A stretch of DNA of 39,929 nt, from assembly GCA_021399395.1 (NCBI GenBank), contig JAAFKJ010000031.1, forward strand, positions 1 to 39,929, given 5' to 3'. Shown here in pieces: positions 28,668 to 37,838 of this stretch. The stretch comes from Candidatus Heimdallarchaeota archaeon. GTDB taxonomy: Archaea; Asgardarchaeota; Heimdallarchaeia; Heimdallarchaeales; Heimdallarchaeaceae. Both the position numbers and the translations under genes were made by a program. Each line of letters starts with the position of its first letter. Position 1 is the stretch's first letter. The notes beneath the pieces are model-generated. The model worked only from the letters and a program-made list of their open reading frames with translations, ran no database searches and was not told the origin of the DNA.

Positions 28668-29144
28668 TTACTGCAAGGTTTTCCGTTTGACAGTAATTCT
28701 CCTTACTAAGAGAGAGATAAAGGCAAATACAACAGATACGATGGATGTTGAGAGAATGAAGATGAAATCAGTATATTGTCTCTGAATAGGAAATTGAATA
28801 AGAATTACATAAACAACTATACCCAATACAGCTGTTCCCAATGCGGTTATGCTAAAGAGGAACAGATTGATGTTTCTTGATCTGCTATGTTGACTGTAAT
28901 AGTAAAAAATTACTGCTAGTATCAAAGGAAGCGGTATTTCAATTAAAACCCAGCTAGATGACCATCGCTCAAAGAAATCCTCCACTACATCGAATGCACT
29001 TTCCATACTTGTAATTAGTAAGAATTGTACAACAACAGAATAGATTAGAATAATTATAGCAGAAATCCATGGAGCAAATTTCAATGAGGGTTTTTGTATA
29101 GGCTTTGTTACGTCTTCAATTGTATTCAATCTTTTCAACTTCAA
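28668..29144 (-). CDS. Membrane protein (about 4 TM)
   Basis: Four hydrophobic segments in 158 aa. Confidence 0.6.
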   Translation of the reverse strand: MKLKRLNTIEDVTKPIQKPSLKFAPWISAIIILIYSVVVQFLLITSMESAFDVVEDFFERWSSSWVLIEIPLPLILAVIFYYYSQHSRSRNINLFLFSITALGTAVLGIVVYVILIQFPIQRQYTDFIFILSTSIVSVVFAFISLLVRRITVKRKTLQ

Positions 29145-29232
29145 TATTTATTATAATTTATCAAATAATAATTTGTTGCCTTATCGCTACAAATAAAAAT
29201 AAGAAATATTCACTGACATTTAGGAGATTTAT

Positions 29233-29706
29233 ATGACCAAAGCAATTATGGAAACCAATAAGGGTACTATTACAATTGAATTTTTTGATGAACATACACC
29301 AAATACAGTAAAGAATTTCGTATCTTTAGCTCAATCTAACTACTATGATGGTGTTGTTTTTCATCGTGTGATTCCTGAATTTGTTGTTCAAGGAGGAGAT
29401 CCTAGCGGATCAGGTAGAGGTGGACCAGGATATCAAATAGCTGATGAAGTAGATAATCCTGTTCAAATTCACAAACTAGGACACTTGAGTATGGCTAATG
29501 CAGGACCAAATACAAATGGATCACAATTCTTCATTGTTCTCAATCCTGATAATTGTGGGCATCTTAACAAAAAACATACAATCTTTGGAAAAGTCGTAGA
29601 CGGTATGGATGTTGTATACAAGATAAAGCAAGGAGACAACATGGTTAAGGTTACTATTGATGATGAGTCTGATACCATCAAAAACCATCAGTTACAAAAA
29701 TCATAA
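29233..29706 (+). CDS. Cyclophilin-type peptidyl-prolyl cis-trans isomerase
   Basis: FHRVIPEFVVQGGDP, SMANAGPNTNGSQFFI, HTIFGKV; AGGAG RBS. Confidence 0.96.
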   Translation: MTKAIMETNKGTITIEFFDEHTPNTVKNFVSLAQSNYYDGVVFHRVIPEFVVQGGDPSGSGRGGPGYQIADEVDNPVQIHKLGHLSMANAGPNTNGSQFFIVLNPDNCGHLNKKHTIFGKVVDGMDVVYKIKQGDNMVKVTIDDESDTIKNHQLQKS

Positions 29707-29840
29707 TTTTAATATACTTTAGAAAGATGAATATCTTTCGATTTCTTTTCATTTTTGATAAATAGTTTTTAACTCATGTACCAGAATGTGTTCATTATTG
29801 TTTGACTTCATCACTAAAATAACATGTAATTAAGAAAAGA

Positions 29841-29966
29841 TGGTGGCTCGAGGGGGACTCGATCCCCCGACCTCAAGATTTCTCATCTGAGGTTCACAAT
29901 TGCAGTTCTAACCCTTATTGTGTCAAGATTATGAGTCTTGCGCTCTGCCAACTGAGCTACCGAGCC
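29841..29966 (-). tRNA. tRNA with CAT anticodon (elongator Met or Ile2), 50-nt intron at 37/38 (29880-29929), CCA encoded
   Basis: GGCTCGG/TCGAGCC acceptor, A73; CAAGA-CT-CAT-A^intron^A-TCTTG; BHB with CTCA/TGAG helix; 76 nt after splicing. Confidence 0.92.
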
Positions 29967-30081
29967 GTGTTCACCTTTTATCTTTCTGATTCATTTTTAA
30001 TTCTTTTGTTCTTAATCATTCATGAATAATTCAAGTTTATTTGGTCAAAGTCTTTTAAAATGGGTCACACCATCAAATCTT

Positions 30082-30336
30082 ATGCCCGGAAGGAAGTATA
30101 AACCAAAAAGTGAGCCAAAAAAAGTTAAGGAAGAGGGTGTCAATGATTATTATATTATTTTAACAAGAACAGAGAGACGAGATTACCATTACAGGGTAGT
30201 TGCTAAAACTGAAGATGAAGCAATAGAATTTGCCGTTGATGAATATAACCCTATTACTGAAAAAGATATCATCTCACTAAATGAAGAATTTGTAGATGTA
30301 ATTGATTGGGAAGCAAGAATTGAGGAAAAATATTAA
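30082..30336 (+). CDS. Small hypothetical protein
   Basis: ATG 30082 lies about 22 nt after TTTTAAAA (30053-30060); basic N-terminus, acidic C-terminal domain. Confidence 0.6.
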   Translation: MPGRKYKPKSEPKKVKEEGVNDYYIILTRTERRDYHYRVVAKTEDEAIEFAVDEYNPITEKDIISLNEEFVDVIDWEARIEEKY

Positions 30337-30354
30337 GATAAAATCAAGAACTGG

Positions 30355-30546
30355 TTACAACCATTTATTCAAAACTTCTTCTGCTCCCTGTAATAAATCA
30401 ACGATCATTTTCTTATCTTCATTTTCTTCTAGTTGCAGGGCCCGTTTTTCTAACCATTTATAGAGTGTTACACTTAGCTGTTCTTCAAGTTCTGAAATAA
30501 TTCCATATTTTATTCCATAATCGTTTTCTTCTGTCATTATCTTCAA
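30355..30546 (-). CDS. Small acidic helical hypothetical protein
   Basis: About 60-aa ORF with protein-like composition filling the intergenic space; start may be ATG 30537. Confidence 0.5.
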   Translation of the reverse strand: MKIMTEENDYGIKYGIISELEEQLSVTLYKWLEKRALQLEENEDKKMIVDLLQGAEEVLNKWL

Positions 30547-30658
30547 CTATGCTTTTTTTATTATATTCTCTTGTAATTCCCCAGTAGTATGGAGAAATAA
30601 CTAATACAATAGAATATAGGAGAAATTCATTAAAAAACTAAAAACAGATGTTTAGAGC

Positions 30659-31210
30659 TTACATAGCTCTACTTCTTTTCTTTAGAAACTCTTTTACCAA
30701 CTCTTCGCCTTTGCCAATTTTATATTCGCAAGGAGTTGAAAATCTATCTGAAGCTCTCTTTAATGCATCAAGTACAATGAAATAGTTCTTAGCTTCGGTT
30801 CTAACAGTAAGAAGTTCTTGTCCTTCTTTAACACGTGCAGCTCGATCAGTTGGTTTACCAAAAGACTTTCTCATACCATCTTGTACTCTATCTGCTCCAG
30901 CAACTGCCATCATCTTATTTTCTCTTAATATGTGATGTGGATGGATTCTGATTGTCATATGATAGTCTTCGATACCTATATCCCTTTGAAGAATTCTGTT
31001 AACAGCCATTCTTGATGCTTCTAGAGCCGTATGTCTGATGTGACACCTCTCTTTTGCCACAAGATGAATATGAACAGGAAAGACTCCTTTACGGTTTCCG
31101 GTATCATAAGCTCTGATTCTTGAATCTGGAACTCCTCTTACGTATTTACTTGTACGTGTATTTGCTGGACCTCTTATATATCTATAAGATCTTGCTGGTC
31201 GTTTACCCAT
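30659..31210 (-). CDS. rpl10e: 50S ribosomal protein uL16 (L10e)
   Basis: RPARSYR, ALEASR, HILRENK...AGADRVQDGMRKSFGKP. ATG 31210 follows AGGTGG. Confidence 0.97.
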   Translation of the reverse strand: MGKRPARSYRYIRGPANTRTSKYVRGVPDSRIRAYDTGNRKGVFPVHIHLVAKERCHIRHTALEASRMAVNRILQRDIGIEDYHMTIRIHPHHILRENKMMAVAGADRVQDGMRKSFGKPTDRAARVKEGQELLTVRTEAKNYFIVLDALKRASDRFSTPCEYKIGKGEELVKEFLKKRSRAM

Positions 31211-31225
31211 TTTATCCACCTAACT

Positions 31226-31795
31226 TTATCTTGCTGATAGAGCAATTCTCTCTATCTCTTGTTTCTTCTTAACTGCAGCACTTGATTGATCTTTGGTTCC
31301 TGCTAATATGAGCTCTTCTGCAACAACTTCTTCAACACTCTTAATGTTGTTGAAACTCTTTTGTTTAATTGCGTTAGCTAAGAATCTTAATGATAAATCA
31401 ACTCTTCTTGAGGGTGATACATCAACTGATATGTGCTGTGCTACACCGCCATAGGTTAAACGAGTTGTTTCTTCTCTAGGAGCGACATTACAGATTGAAT
31501 CTACGAGAACTTGAACAGGATTCTTACCAGTTCTTTCATGGATTATCTCAAATGCAACTCTTGCGATATTGATTGTCCTTTGTTTCTTACCTGCATTCTT
31601 TCCTCTCTTCATAAGCTTATTAGCGAACCTTTCAACAATGTTCATTTCTGCTTTTTTGAAACGTTGATCTTGGAAACGACCACCAGAGTGGGGAAAGTAA
31701 ACAGGTTTTAATGAGATATATCTTTGTAAACCTAAATCAGGTACTTCTACTTCACTTAGGTCCCATTTACCAAAGAGTTTGATTTCTTCGCTCAT
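31226..31795 (-). CDS. rps7: 30S ribosomal protein uS7
   Basis: KLFGKW, PHSGGR, NPVQVLV, PREETTR, VDVSPSRRVD, ERIALSAR. ATG 31795 follows GAGGA. Confidence 0.97.
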   Translation of the reverse strand: MSEEIKLFGKWDLSEVEVPDLGLQRYISLKPVYFPHSGGRFQDQRFKKAEMNIVERFANKLMKRGKNAGKKQRTINIARVAFEIIHERTGKNPVQVLVDSICNVAPREETTRLTYGGVAQHISVDVSPSRRVDLSLRFLANAIKQKSFNNIKSVEEVVAEELILAGTKDQSSAAVKKKQEIERIALSAR

Positions 31796-31917
31796 TTTGA
31801 ATCCTCTTAGACAAATTAGCAAAACCAAGCTTTGTTTAAAAATCTAATGTTGAAAGACAGAATAGCATCTGTAAATGTGTATCAAAAAGAAAAAAAGGAA
31901 ATTCTTCCTCTATTCAT

Positions 31918-32967
31918 CTATACTTGTAATTTCATCATTGCCCAAGGAGCAAGTAGAATAACTACAGGCCCAAGAATTGCATATCTTATCAAATCAAGCG
32001 TTAATTCTATTCCGATCCATGCAACATTATTGATTACTAAATCAAACAAAAGGGATAAACCAAAATAGAAAGCAGCAAAGAAAGCAGCACCTATTAATAT
32101 TCTCACAAGATATTTCCACCATTTGTCAATATCAGTCTGGAAATTTACTAATTTTCCTTCAAGTGCATAAGACATAGAAACTGTTGTGAAGAGGGTTATA
32201 AGTTTCAAAGATTCTGATATAATCTCGTAATCATTAACAACTCTATTGTAGTTTAAGAAAATTATAGGTATGGCAAAAGCAATACACATTGCAATACAAA
32301 GAAGTATTTTAACAAAAAGTGTCCTAGAATCTATAAAATTCTCTACTGGATCTTTGATAAGAAGATATATAGCTAATATTACTAGAGCTATTCCAAGACC
32401 CATAATTACATCTGTAAACCAATGTACCCTGAGTGCAATTCTGGAGAAACCAATGAAAAAGGCAATAATCGAACCTATTACAATCATCCACCATCTTTTA
32501 ATAAAAATCATCAAAGAACCCCAAAAAGTTGAACTATTCTGAGTATGACCACTTGGTAGTCCAGTTGTAATTTCATCTGCTGGTGAAAACATTGTTTCTT
32601 CGGGATTGTTTCCATATTGTAAACTTGCTTCTGGTCTTTCTAGATTAAATACAGCTTTGGTTGAGAAATTTATTACTGATGATGTTACTACAAAGGTCAT
32701 AGCTCTGTAAGCTTTCTTTTTATCATATAGGTAATAAAGTAGAAGTAAAATTCCAATGTAGACTATAGCTTGCCCCAGGTAAGAAATAAGGTACATAATT
32801 CCCCCAAAGATTTTGTTCCTGTTGTTATAGAAGAAATTAGTTAGGGGTTCATCAATAGGATTATTATGAGTTAATGGATCAAAACTATATACAATCGCAA
32901 GTGCGGTTATAATAAGTGCGACACCTATAGAAATCATGATTATCGCAATAATATTCCGTTTTTTCAT
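31918..32967 (-). CDS. PAP2-family integral membrane phosphatase
   Basis: KAVFNLERP, PSGH, SRIALRVHWFTD; multiple TM. Confidence 0.92.
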   Translation of the reverse strand: MKKRNIIAIIMISIGVALIITALAIVYSFDPLTHNNPIDEPLTNFFYNNRNKIFGGIMYLISYLGQAIVYIGILLLLYYLYDKKKAYRAMTFVVTSSVINFSTKAVFNLERPEASLQYGNNPEETMFSPADEITTGLPSGHTQNSSTFWGSLMIFIKRWWMIVIGSIIAFFIGFSRIALRVHWFTDVIMGLGIALVILAIYLLIKDPVENFIDSRTLFVKILLCIAMCIAFAIPIIFLNYNRVVNDYEIISESLKLITLFTTVSMSYALEGKLVNFQTDIDKWWKYLVRILIGAAFFAAFYFGLSLLFDLVINNVAWIGIELTLDLIRYAILGPVVILLAPWAMMKLQV

Positions 32968-33221
32968 AATAGAAGAATTAATTTAGAGAAATAATTAAAG
33001 CTTTTGTGGTATCAAATTAAAAACTTGAATTATTTTCGTATTATTTTTGTGGGATAATTTCCGACATTATCCGCGTAAACATCTTTTTCGAAGCTTCTAT
33101 CAGCTGTTTTCAATTACATTTAAAATAATAAGCCACACATCAGATTGTATTTGTTGATTCTGCGGTATAATACTAAATTTGTAGGGAAAAAATCATATAA
33201 GATTATCAGAAGTATAGAGCA

Positions 33222-33998
33222 GTGAATAAAATGGGTATATACAATGATCTTCATGGGAAGAGAGTCGTAATTACAGGTGGAGCTAGTGGAATTGGATTAG
33301 CTACAGCTAAAAGATTTGTTGATGAAGGTTCCAAAGTAGTCATACTAGATTGGAACAAAGAAGAATTATCCAAAGTATTAACAAATATTCCTGAACTCAA
33401 AGGTGGAACATATGTTGATGTTAGTGATCCAGAAGAAGTGAAGCTTGCCTTTGAGAAAATAGATGAATTGTTAGGCGGTATAGATGTATTAATTTCCAAT
33501 GCTGGCATAAGTTATCGTAATCCATTTTTGAAAGTTGATTATGAACAATGGTCAAAAGTCCTTCGAATCAATCTAGATGGAATGTTTCTATGTGCAAAAG
33601 AAGCAATAACAAGGATGAAGGAACAACATTCAGGTGTAATTCTACTGACTGGATCAACCAATGGTTTAGAAGGACATCCATTTTACGCTGATTATAATAG
33701 TTCAAAAGCTGGTGTAATTCTTCTAGCAAAGTCATTATCTTTAGAATTTGCTCCATGGTTAAGAGTAAATGCTGTATGTCCAGGATATGTTCTTACTCCT
33801 ATGCAAAAAGCAGAATATACTCCTGAAATGCTTGAAGAAGTAAATAAGAAGATACCCTTAAATCGTCATGCTGAACCAGAAGAAGTCGCTAGTCTTTTTG
33901 CATTCTTAGCATCATCTGAAGCAGCATATATCACAGGACAAGCTATATCCATTGATGGCGGGGAAACCGCAGGACCCTATACACCAATGAAACAATAA
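33222..33998 (+). CDS. Classical short-chain dehydrogenase/reductase
   Basis: TGGASGIG, NAG, YNSSK, PGYVLT; start may be ATG 33231. Confidence 0.93.
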   Translation: MNKMGIYNDLHGKRVVITGGASGIGLATAKRFVDEGSKVVILDWNKEELSKVLTNIPELKGGTYVDVSDPEEVKLAFEKIDELLGGIDVLISNAGISYRNPFLKVDYEQWSKVLRINLDGMFLCAKEAITRMKEQHSGVILLTGSTNGLEGHPFYADYNSSKAGVILLAKSLSLEFAPWLRVNAVCPGYVLTPMQKAEYTPEMLEEVNKKIPLNRHAEPEEVASLFAFLASSEAAYITGQAISIDGGETAGPYTPMKQ

Positions 33999-33999
33999 T

Positions 34000-34815
34000 T
34001 TGAAAATTGCAGGAAAGGATAATATGGAAACAAAATTCAAACGTGTTTTAGATCTCGTTACTCAAAATGGTAAAGTTGCAATTGTTACTGGAGCAGCCTC
34101 TGGAATTGGATTAGCTACAGTAAAACTTCTAGCAGAGGTGGGAGCAGCTGTTGCACTAATTGACATCAATGAAGCCGATGGTATTGTTGCAGCAGAACAG
34201 ATTTTAGAAACTGGAGGTAGGGCTAAATTTTATCTATGTGATGTTACTTCTGATTCTGAATGTAAGAAGACTGTTGAAGAAATTCACAAAGAATTCAATA
34301 GTATTGATATTTTATTCAACAATGCTGGTGTAATTCGTCGAAAGAATATTCTAGAATTGGAGGAAGAAGATTGGGATTTAACAATAGATGTGAATTTAAA
34401 AGCAATTTATCTTCTTTCTAAATATGTTGTACCTATTATGATGAAAGGAAAAGGTGGGAGTATAATTAATACCGGATCTGGTTGGGGCATTAAGGGAGGG
34501 CCTGATGCAGTAGCTTATTGTGCAGCTAAGGGTGGTGTGGTTAATATGACCCGTGCAATGGCAATAGACCATGGCAAGGTTGGCATCCGTGTAAATTGCG
34601 TGTGTCCAGGTGACATTGATACCCCTCTTTTACGAGGAGAAGCAGAACAATTAGGTATAGATGAAAACTTGTTCATGGAAGAAGCAGCAGATCGTCCTAT
34701 CAATCGTGTTGGAAAACCTCAAGATGTTGCGAATGCAGTTCTTTACCTTGCAAGCGACCTTTCGAGTTGGGTGACTGGTACTTCCATTATTGTTGATGGT
34801 GGAGGTTTAGCTTAA
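34000..34815 (+). CDS. Classical short-chain dehydrogenase/reductase
   Basis: TGAASGIG, NNAG, YCAAK, PGDIDT; start probably ATG 34024. Confidence 0.93.
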   Translation: MKIAGKDNMETKFKRVLDLVTQNGKVAIVTGAASGIGLATVKLLAEVGAAVALIDINEADGIVAAEQILETGGRAKFYLCDVTSDSECKKTVEEIHKEFNSIDILFNNAGVIRRKNILELEEEDWDLTIDVNLKAIYLLSKYVVPIMMKGKGGSIINTGSGWGIKGGPDAVAYCAAKGGVVNMTRAMAIDHGKVGIRVNCVCPGDIDTPLLRGEAEQLGIDENLFMEEAADRPINRVGKPQDVANAVLYLASDLSSWVTGTSIIVDGGGLA

Positions 34816-34854
34816 ACAGATTATTTTGAGAAAAAATAAATTGGTGGAGAATTT

Positions 34855-36264
34855 ATGAAGAAGAGGAAAGCGTTTATTCACCCCTATATTCCAAATTCAG
34901 TTCCAGAAATAAAGGAAAAGATGTTGGAAGAGATTGGAGTTAAAGATATTGAAACCCTATACGAGGACATTCCAGAGGAATTAAGGTTTAAAGATGAGAT
35001 GAAACTTCCAGAACCTTACCTTTCAGAATATGCCTTAAAAAAACATGTTGAACAGATTTTATCAAAAAATCAGACTTGTCAAGAAAGTCTTAGTTTCTTA
35101 GGAGGGGATTGCTGGCAACACTATATTCCTGCCATCTGCGATGAAATTAATCAACGTTCAGAATTTTTAACTGCTTATGCAGGAGAGCCATATGAAGATC
35201 ACGGAAGATTTCAAGCACTTTTTGAATATGCTAGTATGATAGGAGATCTTCTTGAAATGGATGTTGTAAATGTACCAACTTATGATTGGGGACAAGCAGC
35301 TAGCACTTCGATTAGAATGGCGGGAAGAATTACTGGACGTTCAGAAATACTGATTGCAGATTCAATATCTCCAGATAGGCTTTTGATAATTCGCAATTAT
35401 TGTTCTCCTGTTGTTAAAATTACGTTAATTAATTATGATAAAGAAACTGGAAAAATTAATCTAGAGGATTTGAAGTCAAAAATATCTGATAAGGTAATTG
35501 GAATATATTTTGAGAATCCCTCATATCTTGGTGTTATAGATGATCAGGGAGAGATTATTTCAGATATTGTACATAAGTATGGCGCATTATGCCTTGTAGG
35601 AATTGATCCGATTACTCTCGGAATACTTAAACCTCCCAGTAAGTATGGAGCTGATATCGTTTGTGGAGACATCCAAAGTTTAGGTATGCATATGCAATAT
35701 GGTGGAGGGCAAGCAGGCTTCATTGCCACTAGAGACGAAGAACGGTATGTAATGGAATATCCGTCTCGACTCTTCGGAATTACTACGACAATTGTTGAAG
35801 GTGAACATGGGTTTGGAGATGTAACTTATGATAGAACTTCTTTTCATGATAGAATTGAAGGAAAAGAGTTTATAGGAACAGCTTCTGCCTTATGGGGTAT
35901 AACAGCTGGAGTCTACTTAGCATTAGCTGGACCACAAGGGATGCAAGAATTAGGTAAAGTAATTGTACAAAAATCCCAATATGCGATAAATAAACTCTCA
36001 GAGATTAAGGGAGTATCAGTATTATTTTCTCAATCATCTCACTTCAAAGAATTTGTTTTAGATTTCACTGACTCTGGAAAAACCGTTGAAACCATAAATA
36101 AGTCTTTACTCGAAAAAGGAATTTTTGGTGGTAAAAATATCACTAGAGAGTTTTCTGAATTGGATAACTGTGCAGTCTATTGTATAACAGAGATTCACTC
36201 CAAAGAAGATATCGATCGTTTAGCTCAAACGCTAGACGAGTGTATTAACGGAGGAGGAATATGA
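34855..36264 (+). CDS. gcvPA: Glycine decarboxylase P-protein subunit 1-like (divergent GcvPA)
   Basis: HPYIP, ML..IGV, SFLG, RSEFLTAY, ALFEY, GADIVCGD, PSRLFG. Confidence 0.85.
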   Translation: MKKRKAFIHPYIPNSVPEIKEKMLEEIGVKDIETLYEDIPEELRFKDEMKLPEPYLSEYALKKHVEQILSKNQTCQESLSFLGGDCWQHYIPAICDEINQRSEFLTAYAGEPYEDHGRFQALFEYASMIGDLLEMDVVNVPTYDWGQAASTSIRMAGRITGRSEILIADSISPDRLLIIRNYCSPVVKITLINYDKETGKINLEDLKSKISDKVIGIYFENPSYLGVIDDQGEIISDIVHKYGALCLVGIDPITLGILKPPSKYGADIVCGDIQSLGMHMQYGGGQAGFIATRDEERYVMEYPSRLFGITTTIVEGEHGFGDVTYDRTSFHDRIEGKEFIGTASALWGITAGVYLALAGPQGMQELGKVIVQKSQYAINKLSEIKGVSVLFSQSSHFKEFVLDFTDSGKTVETINKSLLEKGIFGGKNITREFSELDNCAVYCITEIHSKEDIDRLAQTLDECINGGGI

Positions 36265-36265
36265 G

Positions 36266-37816
36266 ATGACTAGAGAATCCAAAGTCAGGAATTTTCATCA
36301 AGCCAAGTGGGATGAACCTGTTATATACGAGTTAAGTAGTAAAGGTGAACGTGGTATCCTATTTCCAGAAATTGAAAAGGAAATCGAAGCAATTGTAGGG
36401 GATGGTATCTCTAAACTTCCAAGCAACATGATAAGAGCTCAACCCCCTAATTTACCAGAACTTTCTCAAATGCAAGTTTTAAAGCACTATCTTCGCATGT
36501 CCCAACAGACTCTTGGAGCAGATCTGAACGTGGATATTGGACAAGGAACATGTACAATGAAATATAGTCCTAAGATAAATGAACAATTTGCTACTGCTCC
36601 AAAGTTTACAGAACTTCACCCCTCACAAGATGAAAGTACAGTTCAAGGAATTCTCGAGATAATCTACAAATTAGACTTATTCCTTCGAGAGATATCGGGT
36701 CTAGATAAGTTTACATTTCAACCAGGTGGAGGAAGTCAAGCAATATTCGCTATGGTGTCTATCATTTATGCGCATCATGAAGCTAATGGAGAAGCAGAGC
36801 AACGAGATGAGATTATTTCAACCATGTTTTCTCACCCTTCAGATGCTGCAGCACCTAATGTCAAAGGGTACAGAGTTATTAACATCTATCCAAACGAAGA
36901 CGGATTACCTGATGTTGAAGCTCTTACAGAAGCTGTTTCAGAACGTACTGCTGGTTTGTTAATCACTAATCCAGAGGACACAGGAATCTTCAATCCTAGA
37001 ATAAAGGAATTCACCAGAATTGTTCATGAAGCTGGTGGTGTTTGTGGTTATGACCAAGCTAATGCAAATGGAGTCTTAGGAATCACCAGAGCTAAAGAAG
37101 CTGATTTTGATCTTTGTTTCTTTAACCTTCACAAAACCTTTTCTTCCCCACATGGTTGCGGAGGTCCTGCATCTGGAGCTCTTGGCGTATCTAAAGAGTT
37201 TATGAAATATCTTCCTGTTCCTCTAGTTGAATATGACGGTTCAAAATACCATCTTAACTATGACATTCCAAAAAGCATAGGTAAGGTTAGATCGTTTTAC
37301 GGAGTGGTTCCTGCTATATTAAAAGCATACTCTTGGATAATGAGTTTAGGTAAAGATGGGTTAAGAGAAGTTTCTGAAATAGCAGTATTGAACAACAACT
37401 ATCTTTTGAAGAAGATTCTCGAAATTCGTGGAGCAAGTGCACCATACGCAAAAGGAAGGCACAGAATTGAACAAGTTCGGTATAGTTGGGATGAACTTTA
37501 CAAAGAAACAGGAGTAACAACTGAAGATGTTACTTGTCGTATGGCTGATTTTGGGTTTCATATGTGGTCTAGTCATCATCCATTCATTGTTCCTCAACCC
37601 TTTACTCTTGAACCAACTGAATCTTATTCAAAAACTGAACTCGATGAATACATCAGTGGACTGAAGAAGGTAGTTGAGGAAGCTTATGAAAATCCTGAAA
37701 TTGTTAAAGGTGCACCTCATAGAAGTGTTGTTCATAAAATTGATCATGACCCATTAGATGATCCTTCAAAATGGGCTATTACTTGGAGATCTTATTTGAA
37801 AAAAAGTAAGAAGTAG
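36266..37816 (+). CDS. gcvPB: Glycine decarboxylase P-protein subunit 2-like (divergent GcvPB)
   Basis: GTCTMKYSP, YDQANAN, NLHKTFSSPHG (PLP Lys), EPTES. Confidence 0.88.
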   Translation: MTRESKVRNFHQAKWDEPVIYELSSKGERGILFPEIEKEIEAIVGDGISKLPSNMIRAQPPNLPELSQMQVLKHYLRMSQQTLGADLNVDIGQGTCTMKYSPKINEQFATAPKFTELHPSQDESTVQGILEIIYKLDLFLREISGLDKFTFQPGGGSQAIFAMVSIIYAHHEANGEAEQRDEIISTMFSHPSDAAAPNVKGYRVINIYPNEDGLPDVEALTEAVSERTAGLLITNPEDTGIFNPRIKEFTRIVHEAGGVCGYDQANANGVLGITRAKEADFDLCFFNLHKTFSSPHGCGGPASGALGVSKEFMKYLPVPLVEYDGSKYHLNYDIPKSIGKVRSFYGVVPAILKAYSWIMSLGKDGLREVSEIAVLNNNYLLKKILEIRGASAPYAKGRHRIEQVRYSWDELYKETGVTTEDVTCRMADFGFHMWSSHHPFIVPQPFTLEPTESYSKTELDEYISGLKKVVEEAYENPEIVKGAPHRSVVHKIDHDPLDDPSKWAITWRSYLKKSKK

Positions 37817-37838
37817 AAATAGACAGAGTTGATTTAAG

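Noticed and set aside
29880-29929. Box C/D guide RNA inside the tRNA intron
   Set aside because: No RTGATGA/CTGA pair on the transcribed strand.
29841-29966. Initiator tRNA-Met call suggested by A54
   Set aside because: Lacks A1-U72 and the three consecutive G-C pairs of the anticodon stem.
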